A DNA stretch of 64,000 bases from Mobula hypostoma (taxonomy: Eukaryota): NCBI RefSeq assembly GCF_963921235.1, contig NC_086097.1, positions 92,568,001 to 92,632,000 of the forward strand. The letters run 5' to 3'. Below, one piece after another: positions 62,800-64,000 of this stretch (its first letter is position 1; the number at the start of each line of letters is the position of its first letter). The notes under the pieces are model-generated. The model had not been told where the DNA came from and ran no database searches. It saw nothing but the letters and a program-made list of their open reading frames with translations. The position numbers and the translations under genes are program-made.

Positions 62800-64000
62800 T
62801 GGCAGTGTCCTCAGATCCTGAGTGGATCAGCTGGCAGGGTATTGCAGACATTTTTAACCCCCTCCTGATTTCAACCTGCTTTAAGAAGACCACTATCATC
62901 CTGATGCCTCAGAAAAATAAGGTAACATTACTGAACAGCTACTGCCCAGAGGCTGTGAAATCCACAATCCTGAAATGCCTGAGAGGTTGGTCATAACATA
63001 CAGTACAGCAGCTCCAGCATCTCAGGCAACCTCAACCCCCTGCAATTCACCTACCAGCAAAACAGGTCAAGGCAAATACCGTTGCCAAGGCCTTACACTC
63101 ACCTCTGAAGTGCCTGAAGAACAAAGTCAGGCACCTCATTATTGCATGCAGCTCCATCTTCAACACCATAACTCAAACTCAGCTCCTAGGTCTAGGACTC
63201 AGTACCTCTCTTATCAAATAGAACCCTTACTTCCTGGCCAAAAGTAAGGAAGTACTGGAAGCAATCAGTAAGGTTAGGCAGCAACATCTCTGCCATGATT
63301 ATCCTCAACCCTGATGACCTGCAAAGCTGCGTCCTCAATCCCTACTCTGTTCTCTATACACTCAGCTGTATGGCCAGATTCTGCTCCAGCTCCATACAGA
63401 AATTCACAGATGACACCACCATAGTCAGCCAGATCTCAAATAACGAAAAGACATAGTACAGGAAGGAGACAGAGAGAGCTTAGTGCCTTGGTGTCAAGAC
63501 AATGTCCTCCAATGTGAAATAAACTAAACAGCTGGTCATTGACTTCAGGAATCCAGGTACAATACATAACATAGTCTGTATCAATGGTGCTGAGGTGGAG
63601 ATGGTTGGCTGCTTCAAGTTCCTAGGTATAAATATCACATTATAACTTGTCCTAGTCCAACCACATACAAGTTATGACCACACCAGTGCCTCTAATTCCT
63701 CAGAAGGCTAAGGAAATTTGGCCTGTCCCCACTGTCCCTCACTAATTTTTATATATGTACCACTGAAAGAGTCCTATCCAAGTGCATCACGGGCTTGGTA
63801 TGGCAACTGCGCTACCCAAGACAGCAAGAAATTGCTGGAAGTTTTGGGCACATTTCAGTACATCAGGAAAACCAGCCTCTCCTTCACGAATGCTGTCTAC
63901 ACTTCTCCATGGGAAAGCAGCTAACATTATCAAAAATTCCCTCCCAACCTGGTCATTCGCTCTTCTCACTTCCATCAGGCACAGATTCAAAAGTTTGAAA
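62800..64000 (+). mobile_element. Degraded Rex1/Babar LINE RT region
   Basis: CFKKTTII, KFTDDTTIV, AWYGNC remnants. Confidence 0.8.

Noticed and set aside
61430..64000. Further upstream RPAP1 exons
   Set aside because: No matching peptide with splice sites found by eye; they probably lie beyond the window end.

Overview
Vertebrate nuclear DNA, very probably from a cartilaginous fish (ray-like repeat landscape; this is an inference). It is dominated by nested retrotransposon debris: many CR1 LINEs (three with esterase-type ORF1), Rex1/Babar, RTE and Tx1 LINE pieces, tRNA-derived V-SINEs, an internally deleted Gypsy provirus with both LTRs, a hAT-type MITE and several Penelope-like element (PLE) remnants. 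The only host gene I can recognise is RPAP1, whose last two coding exons are on the minus strand (61367-61423 and 57920-58063). Two further minus-strand candidate exons (27117-27141 and 10612-10679) would splice in phase into a signal-peptide-like N-terminus, possibly of the neighbouring gene (LTK by human synteny; unproven). The most notable signal is three short (about 160-220 bp) TSD-flanked fold-back PLE-derived insertions. Two of them carry an intact minimal type I hammerhead ribozyme core (CTGACGA..GAAACGTC), and one sits inside a palindromic MITE in the last RPAP1 intron. Boundaries of degraded repeats are approximate and were judged by eye.
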